From an uncultured delta proteobacterium (GTDB lineage Bacteria; Desulfobacterota; Binatia; Binatales; Binataceae): a stretch of 64,000 nt of DNA. The stretch lies in the NCBI GenBank assembly GCA_963765675.1, contig CAVXXK010000014.1:128001-192000 (forward strand), written 5' to 3'. Both the position numbers and the translations under genes were made by a program. Positions 19,488-29,450 of this stretch are shown here, one piece after another; within the stretch, counting starts at the first letter, position 1; every line of letters begins with the position of its first letter. The notes under the pieces are model-generated. The model did no database searches. It was not told where the DNA came from and worked only from the letters and a program-made list of their open reading frames with translations.

Positions 19488-19892
19488 CTAACTTAGCGCG
19501 TCGCGGCGGCGCCAGAGCATAATCGCGGCTATCCACGGAATAGCTATTGCCAGAATAAGGAACGCGATCAGGAAGGCCGGCGAATCGTGTTCGCCCGCAG
19601 GAGGATGACTACTAAATAGTACTATGTTCAGTACAACATAGATTGCATATATGAACGCGAGCGCCACTGCATATTTCTTCATGCGCAATATACCAATCGC
19701 ATATACTAACAGGAAGATACCGAACAGCGGGCCCAGGATCGCATTTTCGATCCCGTAGGTCCGGGTGCCGAAAAAGACAAAGCCCGTCGTTGGTCCTTCA
19801 AGATGGAACGGCTTGAGCAGGTCTTCAATCGCCACCAGGATAAAGAGCAGCGAAAGGATCGTGAGCAACGGGCCGCGTTTGGATTGCTCCAT
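19488..19892 (-). CDS. four-TM membrane protein of unknown function
   Basis: AAGGAG RBS and four hydrophobic segments. Confidence 0.75.
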   Translation of the reverse strand: MEQSKRGPLLTILSLLFILVAIEDLLKPFHLEGPTTGFVFFGTRTYGIENAILGPLFGIFLLVYAIGILRMKKYAVALAFIYAIYVVLNIVLFSSHPPAGEHDSPAFLIAFLILAIAIPWIAAIMLWRRRDALS

Positions 19893-19907
19893 TAGTTAGT
19901 CTCCTTT

Positions 19908-19948
19908 CCGACCTCTCCCTGGCCCTCTCCTTGGACAAGGAGAGGGGA
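19908..19948. repeat. CCCTCTCC-N-GGAGAGGG REP-like hairpin
   Basis: ccctctcctt-ggac-aaggagaggg; relatives at 42761-42796 and 59401-59476. Confidence 0.6.
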
Positions 19949-20220
19949 TGCGGTGCCCCGGGGAGTTGTGTGTAGCCTCGGGTGCGCGTGCCAATTCGTA
20001 AGGGCGAGATTCCTCGCGGCATCTGCTGTTCAGCATAACTCGCACGAAGCGATACTCGTCACCAGCTCGCGCTCGGAATGGCAAAAAATAATCCGGAGAA
20101 ATTGTCATTCCGAGTGCGTGCAGGCAACGCATATGGCCGCCATATAAGCCGATCTGCGGGATCCCGCCCTCGCGCATCGTCGTACTTCTCCGAATCAGGC
20201 AAGACCCTTGTCCCTCAAGA

Positions 20221-21711
20221 TCAATTGCTCTGTTCGCGATGCATTTGCGCTGGCGATTTGCGAAGGTGATTATCCAATAGCTTTGCGGCGGCGCTTTCTA
20301 CGACAGTTCCGTCGAAAAAGTGCGGATTGGTTTCGCCCCAAAAGCGGACTGGATTAGTAAATACGAAATCGCGAAAATCATTTTCAGTAATCAGTTTATC
20401 TTCGACCAGCTCGAACGCTTCTTCGAGAACTTCCGCCATGTTGACGACGTCGAAATGGCCGATGTCGCTGCCGAACAAGGTTTTCAGGCGCGCGCCGAAT
20501 GGATTGGTGTGAGTATTGAAACCCCACGCGTTGATCGGGTCGTCGGCCTCGCATCCAAAGTAGAAATTGCGCGTGAACAGCTCGCGGATATCCTCGGCGC
20601 GTTTGATCTTGCACGCCGCGAAGTCGTCGAGCTCGGTGATTCCGCCGGTCGCCGCCGAGCCTACTCCCTCGAGAATCTTGCTCGTTCCCGTGACACGCCC
20701 GGCGAGTTCCGCCGAGCCGTACTTCTGGATCAGCTCACGCAGCATCGCGCGGTCGAGATTGGCCGGGTTGACCTCTTCGAGCGCCTCGCGGTTGCGCTTC
20801 TTCCAGTGGCCGATCAGATCGCTGTACAGGTTGCAGGCCCATCCGACTCCGCCTTCAAGGAATGCGAAGTTGAGGGTGGGGAAGCGCCGCGTAACTCCGC
20901 CCAGGAATAGCGCCTTGCACACCGCCTCGCTCGCAGCGGCGAAATGGCCGATGTGATTGAAGGTGAAGTTCGACGGCGAGACGCGGAAGCCGACACCGCG
21001 CGTGCCGGTGTGAAAAGTTGGCGAGACGCCCAGCTCTACGCACTTGGCCCACACCGCGTCGTAGTCGTGCTCGCTGTCGAGGCCCAGCACGTCGAACCAC
21101 GGAGCGTAGCGCGCGGCGTCGGGCGCCTTGCGCGCGACCGCGGGAATCGTGCGGCGGACCATGCTGCCCATCAGGATCACCTTGAGCCCGAGCGTCTTCA
21201 CCACGTACTCGAGTTCCTCGATTGCTTCGGCTGGCGTGTGCATCGGAATTGCCGCGGCGGGCGTCATCCGATCGGAAAATTCGCGGAACTGATCGGCGAC
21301 GTAGAGATTGAAGGCGCGGCAGGTGGCGCGGCGCATCTCGTCGTCGGGAATAAACGCGACCCCGAGGGCGGCGGTGGGATAGAGCACGGTGAAATCGAAG
21401 CCGAACTCGTCGAGCCGCTCGTAGAGCAGGCGCGGCAGAATCGCGGTGGCGCGGTCGCGCGTGTTTTTGGCCGGCACGCCCCAGAACGCCTCCTGCGCGC
21501 GGCGCTGGTCGCGCCGCTCCTCGGGCGTCATCGTCAGCGCATGCTGCACGCGCTCATTGCGCGAGCGGAACGAATCGACCACGCGGGCGCCGGCGACGCG
21601 CTTCAGATAGTCGGAAATCGACGGACCGAATTCGAGCCAGTGGCCGTCGGCGTCGATCACCGGATGCCCGAGTTTGGCGTGAATTTCCCTGGAGCTGAGC
21701 TTGCCTGACAT
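20221..21711 (-). CDS. amidohydrolase_2 family protein
   Basis: VIDADGHWLE, PTFH, LEGGVGW and FGSDIGHFD. Confidence 0.9.
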   Translation of the reverse strand: MSGKLSSREIHAKLGHPVIDADGHWLEFGPSISDYLKRVAGARVVDSFRSRNERVQHALTMTPEERRDQRRAQEAFWGVPAKNTRDRATAILPRLLYERLDEFGFDFTVLYPTAALGVAFIPDDEMRRATCRAFNLYVADQFREFSDRMTPAAAIPMHTPAEAIEELEYVVKTLGLKVILMGSMVRRTIPAVARKAPDAARYAPWFDVLGLDSEHDYDAVWAKCVELGVSPTFHTGTRGVGFRVSPSNFTFNHIGHFAAASEAVCKALFLGGVTRRFPTLNFAFLEGGVGWACNLYSDLIGHWKKRNREALEEVNPANLDRAMLRELIQKYGSAELAGRVTGTSKILEGVGSAATGGITELDDFAACKIKRAEDIRELFTRNFYFGCEADDPINAWGFNTHTNPFGARLKTLFGSDIGHFDVVNMAEVLEEAFELVEDKLITENDFRDFVFTNPVRFWGETNPHFFDGTVVESAAAKLLDNHLRKSPAQMHREQSN

Positions 21712-22107
21712 TGTGATTCTCCTTGGGCATTCTCCTTGGCGGCTATGCCCGCCGATTCTGACCGGAGCCTAGCGCAGCGGCTTGCCGATCTGGAAGCGTG
21801 CGGGACATAGCGATGCACACGCCTGTTGCGTGCGGGATGGCGGACTAAATTTGCGGTGGGTTCGTTTGGTAAATTTTCATGGTGGCTTGAAAAAATTATC
21901 CGCGGAGACGCTGGAAAATTTTGGGTTCGATCGTATTTTGGGCGACTTTTTGGTCATCTGATTCGCCGATTTTTCGCGGGCGATCAGGACACGTAAACAG
22001 GGCGGTTCGAGACTCGCGCCGTCGTGCCCGAATATGGTGACAAGAAGTTAATCGACGGCGTCATCATGTCATCTATTTTACACGAGAGAGTGGCGAAGTA
22101 CATAATC

Positions 22108-22518
22108 TGACGCTTCGCGTCGGCGGGCGGGGCCGCCCGCTCCCACTGGCAGAAAGATTTGGCGACTACTCGACGCTTGAGGGTTATTCGCACTAATCGC
22201 GTCGCGGAGATCCTTCGCCTGCGGCTCAGACCTTCACGAGTCCGAAGGACCCGCCACGCGGGATGAAAGTTAGCGTATAACGACAGGCTGCGCGAAAGAC
22301 GGGCGGCTCGCGAGCCGCCCCTACGAAGACAGGTCCCGTTGTCATTCCCGCGCCCTTCGGCAGGCTCAGGGCAGGCTCCGGCTGCCGCGCGAGAGCCTGT
22401 CCTGAGCAAGGCCGAAGGAAATCCCGAACCAGAGGGCGCTGCATGAGGCGTGGACTCCGAGCATGGACGCCTCGGGATTCCTCGCCCAGGGCTCGGAATG
22501 ACGATCAACGGTTCGGCT
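22108..22518. repeat. mosaic (BIME-like) of several REP-like repeat families
   Basis: 22108-22153 resembles 47754-47799; 22190-22230 is the reverse complement of the 47838/50497 family; 22293-22425 is the reverse complement of about 44312-44475; 22447-22518 resembles 14231-14303. Confidence 0.85.
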
Positions 22519-22633
22519 GAGACTACGCTAGTCATCGCCCCACACACTTTACGGCAGGATGACGACAGCGGCATCGGAGAGGACGCGGAGAATCTTCAGG
22601 CCGCCTTTGACGGCGGATATTCCTGCGCGCGGC

Positions 22634-23515
22634 CTACGATTTCAGGAAATCCAGAATCAGCTTGTTCACCTCGGCGGGTTTTTCCTGGTGGACGAAATGG
22701 CCGGCTCCGGCGATTACGTGCTTGCGTAGGCCCTTGGGAAAGAATGCTTCCATTCCTTCGAGCAGCTCGGCGCCGATACATCCGTCGTCGCGGCCGTGCA
22801 GCATCATCGCGGGTACGCCTATCGGCGGCGGAGGCGCGGAGGCGGCGGCGATCGCGTCGGCGGGAATCTTCATCATCGCGCCGAGCGTCGCGCGGTAGTA
22901 TCCGAGCGCGGCCGACAGGGCGGCGGGATTGCGAAAGCATTTCTTCAGCGGCTCGATGTCGTCTTTGGTGAACTTCCAGCTCGGCGACCAATCGGTCCAC
23001 ATCTTTTCCAGGAATTTGAAATCGTCGTGGCTGACCGCGGCTTCGGCGAATGCGCCCTGAAAGAAGTACATGTACCAACTGCGCTTTTCCTGCGCGTAAT
23101 TCGTCACCAGCGCCTTGATAAAGGATGTTCCGTAGGGAACCGCAGCGGTGATTAGCTTGGTCACGCGCGCGGGCTCGGCCGCAGCGGCGGGATAGGCGGC
23201 GACGGCGCCCCAATCGTGCCCGAAGAGAATCGCGTCCTTGTATCCGAGCGCCGCGATCAGGCTGAGCGCGTCTTCGCCGAGAGCGCCCGAATCATAGCGG
23301 CCGTCCGGCGCGAGGCTGGTCGGCGCATAGCCGCGCATGAACGGCGCGACGATGCGATATCCCGCGTCCGCCAATGGTTTCATCTGATGCCGGAACGAAT
23401 AGGCGGTATCTGGAAATCCATGCAGGCACAGGATCAGCGGACCGTCACCCTGCTCGAGGACATGAAAGTCGATATTGGATGCGCGAACGACGCGCTCGGT
23501 TATCTGCGACGCCAT
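22634..23515 (-). CDS. alpha/beta hydrolase (epoxide hydrolase-like)
   Basis: LHGFPD, GHDWG nucleophile motif and GHFVHQEKP. Confidence 0.92.
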   Translation of the reverse strand: MASQITERVVRASNIDFHVLEQGDGPLILCLHGFPDTAYSFRHQMKPLADAGYRIVAPFMRGYAPTSLAPDGRYDSGALGEDALSLIAALGYKDAILFGHDWGAVAAYPAAAAEPARVTKLITAAVPYGTSFIKALVTNYAQEKRSWYMYFFQGAFAEAAVSHDDFKFLEKMWTDWSPSWKFTKDDIEPLKKCFRNPAALSAALGYYRATLGAMMKIPADAIAAASAPPPPIGVPAMMLHGRDDGCIGAELLEGMEAFFPKGLRKHVIAGAGHFVHQEKPAEVNKLILDFLKS

Positions 23516-23764
23516 GGTTCACCTCGCTATTGGCGCAAGCTACTACACTGGCGCATCAGGTTGCATCCGCCGGGCGGCGGCTAGCATCCTAAATCGAGGT
23601 TAACGTTAGCTAAGTGCCCGGCGGAGAACCCATCGAAAGACCGCTGTCGCAATCAGTGCCTAGTCATTTTTAAGCGTAGCAAATCAATGGTGGTCGCGTT
23701 CTGCAATTCCAGTCGCGTTTACGAACTGCCGCGCCGCAGGGCTGCGAGAAGCCGGACGGATAAC

Positions 23765-25408
23765 TTAATCTGCAGCCGCCGCCTTTGCGATGCGCGCCTC
23801 CTTGTACCCGGTATTGCAATAAGGATGCGTGAATTGAAGATTTTCCGGGGTACCCAATCCACCGTTTTCTTGGCGCGTCTTATGGTCCTTCGAGCGAGCG
23901 AAAGGCGGAAGTCTCGCTCCGCATTCCGTACAGCGCGCCCGTGTTGCGAGCGTATCGCGTACAATCGCTATTCTCTCGGCAGCTTTTGAGAATTTTTTAT
24001 GCGCGTGAGCGCTGTCGTCGTCTGATTCTACGGGCTGCTTAAGACCGCGCAGTTTCGGTTCAGCGAGGAGCTGCGCGATAATCTCAGCGTCCCCTTTAGC
24101 TCCATCCCACATGCTCTGCAATACAAGTCTGTGAAGCGTCAATAACGAATCTAGAGAGCGCGTCCGGCTGCCTTTGCTATGTGTCAGGTCGTTTATGAAC
24201 GACTTGTGCTGAACGAGAAAATCCTCAAAATCCTTCCGCACATCAGTAAATTTGAGGAGCTTCTTTTGCTGCTCTAGCTCTTGGGCCAATTTCAACGACG
24301 CTATAAATGCCGCCGGATGAAACTGCCCAGTAGCACCGTATGAATACACGGCTTGGTCAAAGCCCAACGACCCAGCATACGAATTATCAGCTACCAGCCG
24401 CGCTATCTCGCGAATCCGATTCAAAAACTCAAGGGTCTTAGAACCATCCGAATCGTCTGCGAGTTTGCTAACTGGTTTTTTGGAAGCCTTGTGATTTCCC
24501 TCTCGCTCTTGCCACATGGCGGGTGCGATTTCGTTGAAAATGTTTACCATATCCAGAATCATCGAAAATGCCTCTGCCGAGTAGGGCTGCCCCGCTCGTG
24601 GAACATCTGGACTTTGCGATCCGATTTCAACGATTAGTCCAAACAGCAACTTGTAAATATCTGCCGCTAATTCCTCGATTTGTTTAGCGTTAGCAGGGAA
24701 TTTGCCCCAATACTTATGGCCTTTGCCAGCTTGAATCAGCGCCCGCGTCGCGATGGCGTTGGGCTTCCTCCTTGCGCGCACAAGATCCAGCTCCGTCGGG
24801 CTAATTGTTGCGGGATTTTGATTTATCTTGAAAAACGAGCGTTCGGCGACAGCCGCGTCGCCCTCAACTTTCTGAATTGGGACTTGGCGTGTCGCAATGG
24901 CGCGCCCGCGTCGCACCAAGTCGGCGTCCGCAACCTCGCTCTCGTGAAGCGCGGCCCAATGGAGTCGCTCAAAGGTTCCTACACTCTCGGCCATTAGTGC
25001 TTGAGTTTTTTTGTGAAATTTCTTTTGCGCTGGAGGCACGTCGTAGCCAAAAAATTTGCGGGTAATTTCCCCATCGCCATAATCGTCGTTCACCCATGCG
25101 ATCAGCGCGCTCAATCGGTGCGACCCGTCAATAACGAAAATCTTGCCCGAGTTTTTGGAGTGCCAAAGGATCAGAGGTGGAATTAATTCATTGTCTAGAA
25201 AGCACTTGACAAAATCGACGACTAGTTCCGGCGACCAGTCCCAGGTGTGGCGCTGGAAATCGGGTTTTCTTAGCACGGTGAAATAGAGATTCGTCCGGGA
25301 AAGTTCTCCGAGCTTGAAGATCGGTTCAGAAGGTCCGCTAATGGCATCGCCAGATTCAAAATCTTCGCGTGCGATTAATGCATCCAGGTTGACCAAATGT
25401 GACGCCAT
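23765..25408 (-). CDS. DUF262 plus HNH endonuclease (GmrSD-like), probable defence gene
   Basis: KPDFQR..W.W and VIDGSHRLSAL (DUF262); C-terminal CTEC...DH...GG...NLQFTHPYCN (HNH); visibly more AT-rich than its neighbours. Confidence 0.82.
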   Translation of the reverse strand: MASHLVNLDALIAREDFESGDAISGPSEPIFKLGELSRTNLYFTVLRKPDFQRHTWDWSPELVVDFVKCFLDNELIPPLILWHSKNSGKIFVIDGSHRLSALIAWVNDDYGDGEITRKFFGYDVPPAQKKFHKKTQALMAESVGTFERLHWAALHESEVADADLVRRGRAIATRQVPIQKVEGDAAVAERSFFKINQNPATISPTELDLVRARRKPNAIATRALIQAGKGHKYWGKFPANAKQIEELAADIYKLLFGLIVEIGSQSPDVPRAGQPYSAEAFSMILDMVNIFNEIAPAMWQEREGNHKASKKPVSKLADDSDGSKTLEFLNRIREIARLVADNSYAGSLGFDQAVYSYGATGQFHPAAFIASLKLAQELEQQKKLLKFTDVRKDFEDFLVQHKSFINDLTHSKGSRTRSLDSLLTLHRLVLQSMWDGAKGDAEIIAQLLAEPKLRGLKQPVESDDDSAHAHKKFSKAAERIAIVRDTLATRARCTECGARLPPFARSKDHKTRQENGGLGTPENLQFTHPYCNTGYKEARIAKAAAAD

Positions 25409-25759
25409 AATCCGCCCCGGGTGAGATATTCAGGAGTCATGCTATTTTACACCCTGTCGGTTTGCGAGTGTCCGGTTTTTTAGGGTGGAGGGCGCTCTCT
25501 GGCTTGAGTGCTCAGATCGCATCCCGCGGGGCCCGTGTAGCACGCGCGGGGTTTATCAGCTAATGTCGATGCCTTGGCGGTCGGCACATCCCTCCTTCCT
25601 GCGGCCACGACGGTTGCCTATGAGAAATGTGCGGATGCTGGCGCGTCGCGCGCGAATTGGGCGCGATGCGATGGTGAGGCGCAACCTTTCGCGTCCCGAG
25701 CGGGTCCTGCTCCGTTCGCGAACATTTAATGCGGGCGGAGACCGCGGAGAAAATAAAGA

Positions 25760-26707
25760 ATGACGAATACGAATGCAGCTCGCGCGGCTGTCGCGCAGAG
25801 TCAGGCGCCCTGGGAGCAGCCATGGTGGCATGCTAAGGGACGCGACCTTTCGATCTTCCTCTGGATTGTTCTTATCCACATAACTGCGATCGTCGGATTG
25901 GTGATGTATCCGCTGCCCGGATGGCGAGTGCTGGCGGGCGCGATCGCACTGGTGTTTATCGGCGGTTTGGGCACGACAGTCGGATATCATCGCGCGATCG
26001 CGCATCGCTCGGTCACGCTTCATCCGTGGGTGCGCAGCATCCTGATTTTTTTCGCGATGTTCAACGGCTCCGGCGCGCCGACGACGTGGGCCGCGGGGCA
26101 TCGGCTGCATCACGCGAAAGCCGATACGCCCGACGATATTTCGAGCCCGGTGTGGGGCGGATTCTGGTGGGCGCATCTGCGATGGCTGTGGCAGGCGGGC
26201 GAGCCTCCGGTCGAGCGCTACTGCCCAGACCTGGGCGGGGTCGAATATCGCGCGTTCCGATGGTTCCAGCCGGCGATCCTGGCGGTGTCGTATTTTGGCG
26301 GCCTGGCGTTCGGATGGCCCGCATTTTTCTGGCTCGGCGCGATTCGGCTCTGCTTCGGGCTGCATGCGCAATGCTTCGTCAACAGCGTGTGCCACACCGA
26401 GCCTGGAATTCAGATCGGCGAAGATTCCAGCCGCAACGTCGGATGGCTCGCGTTTGTGCATCTGCTTCAGGGCGAGAACTGGCATCGCAATCATCATTCG
26501 CGGCCAGGTTCGGCGCGCCTGGGATGGAGCTGGCGCGAGCCTGACGCGGGATGGATCGTGATTCGCGGGCTCGAGATGCTGGGTCTCGCGACCGACGTCC
26601 GCGCGCCCTCGCACGAGGAGCTGCGCGCGGCGCGCGCGATGCGTCGCGGCGCCCGGAGAGGGATCGCGTCCGCGCGGATTGCGGGCGAGCTCGACTCCGC
26701 GGCCTGA
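25760..26707 (+). CDS. acyl-CoA/acyl-lipid delta-9-type fatty acid desaturase
   Basis: His boxes HRAIAH, HRLHH and HRNHH, plus NSVCH. Confidence 0.92.
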   Translation: MTNTNAARAAVAQSQAPWEQPWWHAKGRDLSIFLWIVLIHITAIVGLVMYPLPGWRVLAGAIALVFIGGLGTTVGYHRAIAHRSVTLHPWVRSILIFFAMFNGSGAPTTWAAGHRLHHAKADTPDDISSPVWGGFWWAHLRWLWQAGEPPVERYCPDLGGVEYRAFRWFQPAILAVSYFGGLAFGWPAFFWLGAIRLCFGLHAQCFVNSVCHTEPGIQIGEDSSRNVGWLAFVHLLQGENWHRNHHSRPGSARLGWSWREPDAGWIVIRGLEMLGLATDVRAPSHEELRAARAMRRGARRGIASARIAGELDSAA

Positions 26708-26863
26708 TCGAAAAACGTACTTCGCGACATCACGATGCGACGCGCGCGCGGCGGCAACGCCCGCGCGCGTCTGCGCGTTTGCCTCTCGCGCTACGCGAGT
26801 GCGGATTGCTATGTCATGGAGAATCGAAAACCCGGACCGGTGAAAGCAGGAGGCTCGAAAACC

Positions 26864-27313
26864 ATGTCTATGATGTCGGATTTCAAAGCGTTCGCGATGA
26901 AGGGAAACGTGGTCGATCTCGCGGTCGGATTTATTTTGGGCGGCGCGTTCGGGAAAATCGTCACCTCGCTGGTCGGCGACGTGATCATGCCGCCGATCGG
27001 ACTCGCGCTGGGCAAGGTGGATTTTTCGAGCTTGTTCATCAATCTCTCGGGGACGCATTACGCTTCGCTGGCGGCAGCCAAGGCGGCGGGCGCGCCGACG
27101 ATCGCATACGGCGCGTTCATCAACACGATAATTGATTTCGTGATCGTAGCATTCGCAATGTTTATCCTGGTGCAGCAGCTCGAGCGGCTGACGCGCAAGC
27201 CGGCGCCCGCCACGGTGCCGACGATCAAGCAGTGCCCGTTCTGCCTGAGCGATATTCCAGTCGCGGCGACCAAGTGCGCGCACTGCACGGCAGAGCTCAA
27301 AGCGGCGGCGTGA
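26864..27313 (+). CDS. mscL: large-conductance mechanosensitive channel with a C-terminal zinc ribbon
   Basis: [16 protein letters not shown]...[10 protein letters not shown]; CPFC...CAHC tail; GGAGG RBS. Confidence 0.95.
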   Translation: MSMMSDFKAFAMKGNVVDLAVGFILGGAFGKIVTSLVGDVIMPPIGLALGKVDFSSLFINLSGTHYASLAAAKAAGAPTIAYGAFINTIIDFVIVAFAMFILVQQLERLTRKPAPATVPTIKQCPFCLSDIPVAATKCAHCTAELKAAA

Positions 27314-27509
27314 AAACTCGCGCGGCCGACGCGAAGCGTCATCAGTATGTGTGCGGATAGATCGCGTCGCCGGCGGGTCTGACCTCTTGCTCTGAAAGGG
27401 ACGTGCAAAGATCGCGAGAGCCTGTCCTGAGCGGGTCGAAGGAAATCTCGCCCTCGGCGTTAGCACATGCTCGGACCTCCATCTGTTGATCGAGAGTCCG
27501 GAGCGAGAT

Positions 27510-28262
27510 TCAAGCCGGGCGGAAAACGAAGAAGTCCACCGGCTCGACTACGGACTCGTGCGACGGACGTGCGGCCGCATGTTTGCGCACGGCCGCGAGG
27601 CCGGCTTCGAATTCGCGATCTGAAAGTTGAATCAAAATCGAATCCGCTCGATGCGCGAGCTTCGCTGCGTACGCGTCCCAGCTCTCGGCGGCCTGGCTGG
27701 GCACCAGCTCGTGCGCGATCAAACGAAATCCCGCCGCGGCGAAAATCGATTCGATGCGCGCTTGCGATGTCAGAGACTTGTTCAAGATCGGTCGAGTGCC
27801 GGGGAAGAACGGGACGTATGCGTACGACTCGCATCGCTCCACAGTTCCGGCGCGCAGACAGACAGCGCCGTTCGAGCGCAGCACGCGGCGGCATTCCTGC
27901 GCGACGCGATCAGGATGCGCAAAGTGATGAAAGACCATCGACATGAACGCCAAATCCATCGACGCATCGGCGAGCGGCAGCGTTTCTCCCGACGCCTGCT
28001 CGTACCGCACCTTCTCGGATACTTTCCTGCGAGCCTCCGCGAGCATCTTTTCCGACGGATCGAGCGCGACCACGCGCGCATCGAAATGATTAGCGAGCGC
28101 CGCGGAGTAACGGCCGGTGCCGCAGCCGATATCAACGATGTCCGAAACGGTTCCCTGGGGAACCCATCGCGAAATCACGCCGAGCCAAAAAGCCAGCACC
28201 GCGGGCGGGTAGCTGCGCCCCGCGTCGTACGATGGCGGCATCCGGGTCTTGTCGTAATCCAT
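27510..28262 (-). CDS. class I SAM-dependent methyltransferase
   Basis: VDIGCGTG, LDPSEKML and SMVFHHF. Confidence 0.9.
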   Translation of the reverse strand: MDYDKTRMPPSYDAGRSYPPAVLAFWLGVISRWVPQGTVSDIVDIGCGTGRYSAALANHFDARVVALDPSEKMLAEARRKVSEKVRYEQASGETLPLADASMDLAFMSMVFHHFAHPDRVAQECRRVLRSNGAVCLRAGTVERCESYAYVPFFPGTRPILNKSLTSQARIESIFAAAGFRLIAHELVPSQAAESWDAYAAKLAHRADSILIQLSDREFEAGLAAVRKHAAARPSHESVVEPVDFFVFRPA

Positions 28263-28270
28263 CTAGCCGC

Positions 28271-29417
28271 TCACGCCTTCGCGCAGATGAAGATCGACGC
28301 CCGTGCGCCGAGGATCGCGATCTGCATCGCCTTCTCGATTCGGATGCGCCGGCGGGCCGCGAGCTCGCGCATCAGGGTCCATTCGGCCGAGAGCAGGACC
28401 ATCCGGCCACCCGGAGCCAGGACGCGGTTGAACTCCGCGATCCACGCCGGATAAAGCTTGCGGTTCTCGCCGTGCGTGCCGTAGCGGATTCCCCACGGCA
28501 GATTGGTGACGATTTTGGTGACGCTCGAATCGCCGAGCGGCAGCGCCGCGGCGTCCCATCCTTCCAGCCGGATCGGCTTGTAGCGCGGTCCGACGTTCCG
28601 CCGCGCGGCGGCCAGCGCGTCGGCGTCGCGATCGCTGCCGATAAGTTCCGCGTAGCGGCCAAGGCTGGCGCGCTCGATCAGGATTGTTCCCGCGCCGCAA
28701 AATGGATCGAGCACGACATCGCGCCCGTCCACGCCCGAGAGCCATCCTAGAGCCGCCGCCGCTGCCGGGCGCAGCGACGCGGGGCGATGCGCCACCTTGT
28801 AATCGCGATGCCGCATCGCCTCGCTCGAGAGCCGGACCGCGAGCAGCAGCTCGGACTCGAACATCGTGGCCCAGAACTCGACGTCGGCCTCGTTGTCGTC
28901 GTGGCGCCAGGTATGGTCGGTGCGCTCGGAGATTCCGCGTTCGACTGCGTGCTGCAGATCGACCCGGCGAAACTCATGCTCGCCTGCTTGCCGCGCGACC
29001 ACACGGTAGCGGAGCCGCCGTCCTCCGCGCGCCTTGGGATCGAATCGCACGCGCGCTAGAACTCCTGATTCGACGAGAGGAGCATCGCGCGCCGCCGCGC
29101 GAATCCTATCCGGCGTGACGGCTTCAGGATCGGGGCCGGCGCGGTAGCCGACCAGCGCGAAAATATCCTCGGCGCATCGCAGACGCACCAGAGGCGGACG
29201 GATCCGGCGCGGAGAAAATCGCCATCCCGCAGCGCTCCGGAACTATCCGCTGTCCGACTTCGCGCGCGCGCGGCACCCGCGCCAGGATTTCGCTGGTCGC
29301 GATCGCCTCGAACCCGGGCTGGGTCTGCGCGATGTACTGGTTCGGCCCGAAGTGCAGCGCCTGTGGCGCCGGACGCGGCGTGCGTTTTGCCCGGACCTGA
29401 TGTTGAAACCGGTTCAC
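28271..29417 (-). CDS. THUMP-associated RNA methyltransferase (TrmN/Trm14-like), split by a +1 frameshift at about 29192
   Basis: N-terminal YIAQTQPGFE in one frame; RPASLRP, LDPFCGAGT and IVTNLPWG in the next. Confidence 0.8.
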
Positions 29418-29450
29418 GGCTTTCCTTGAGCCGCGTTCGGCGGTGGCTCT

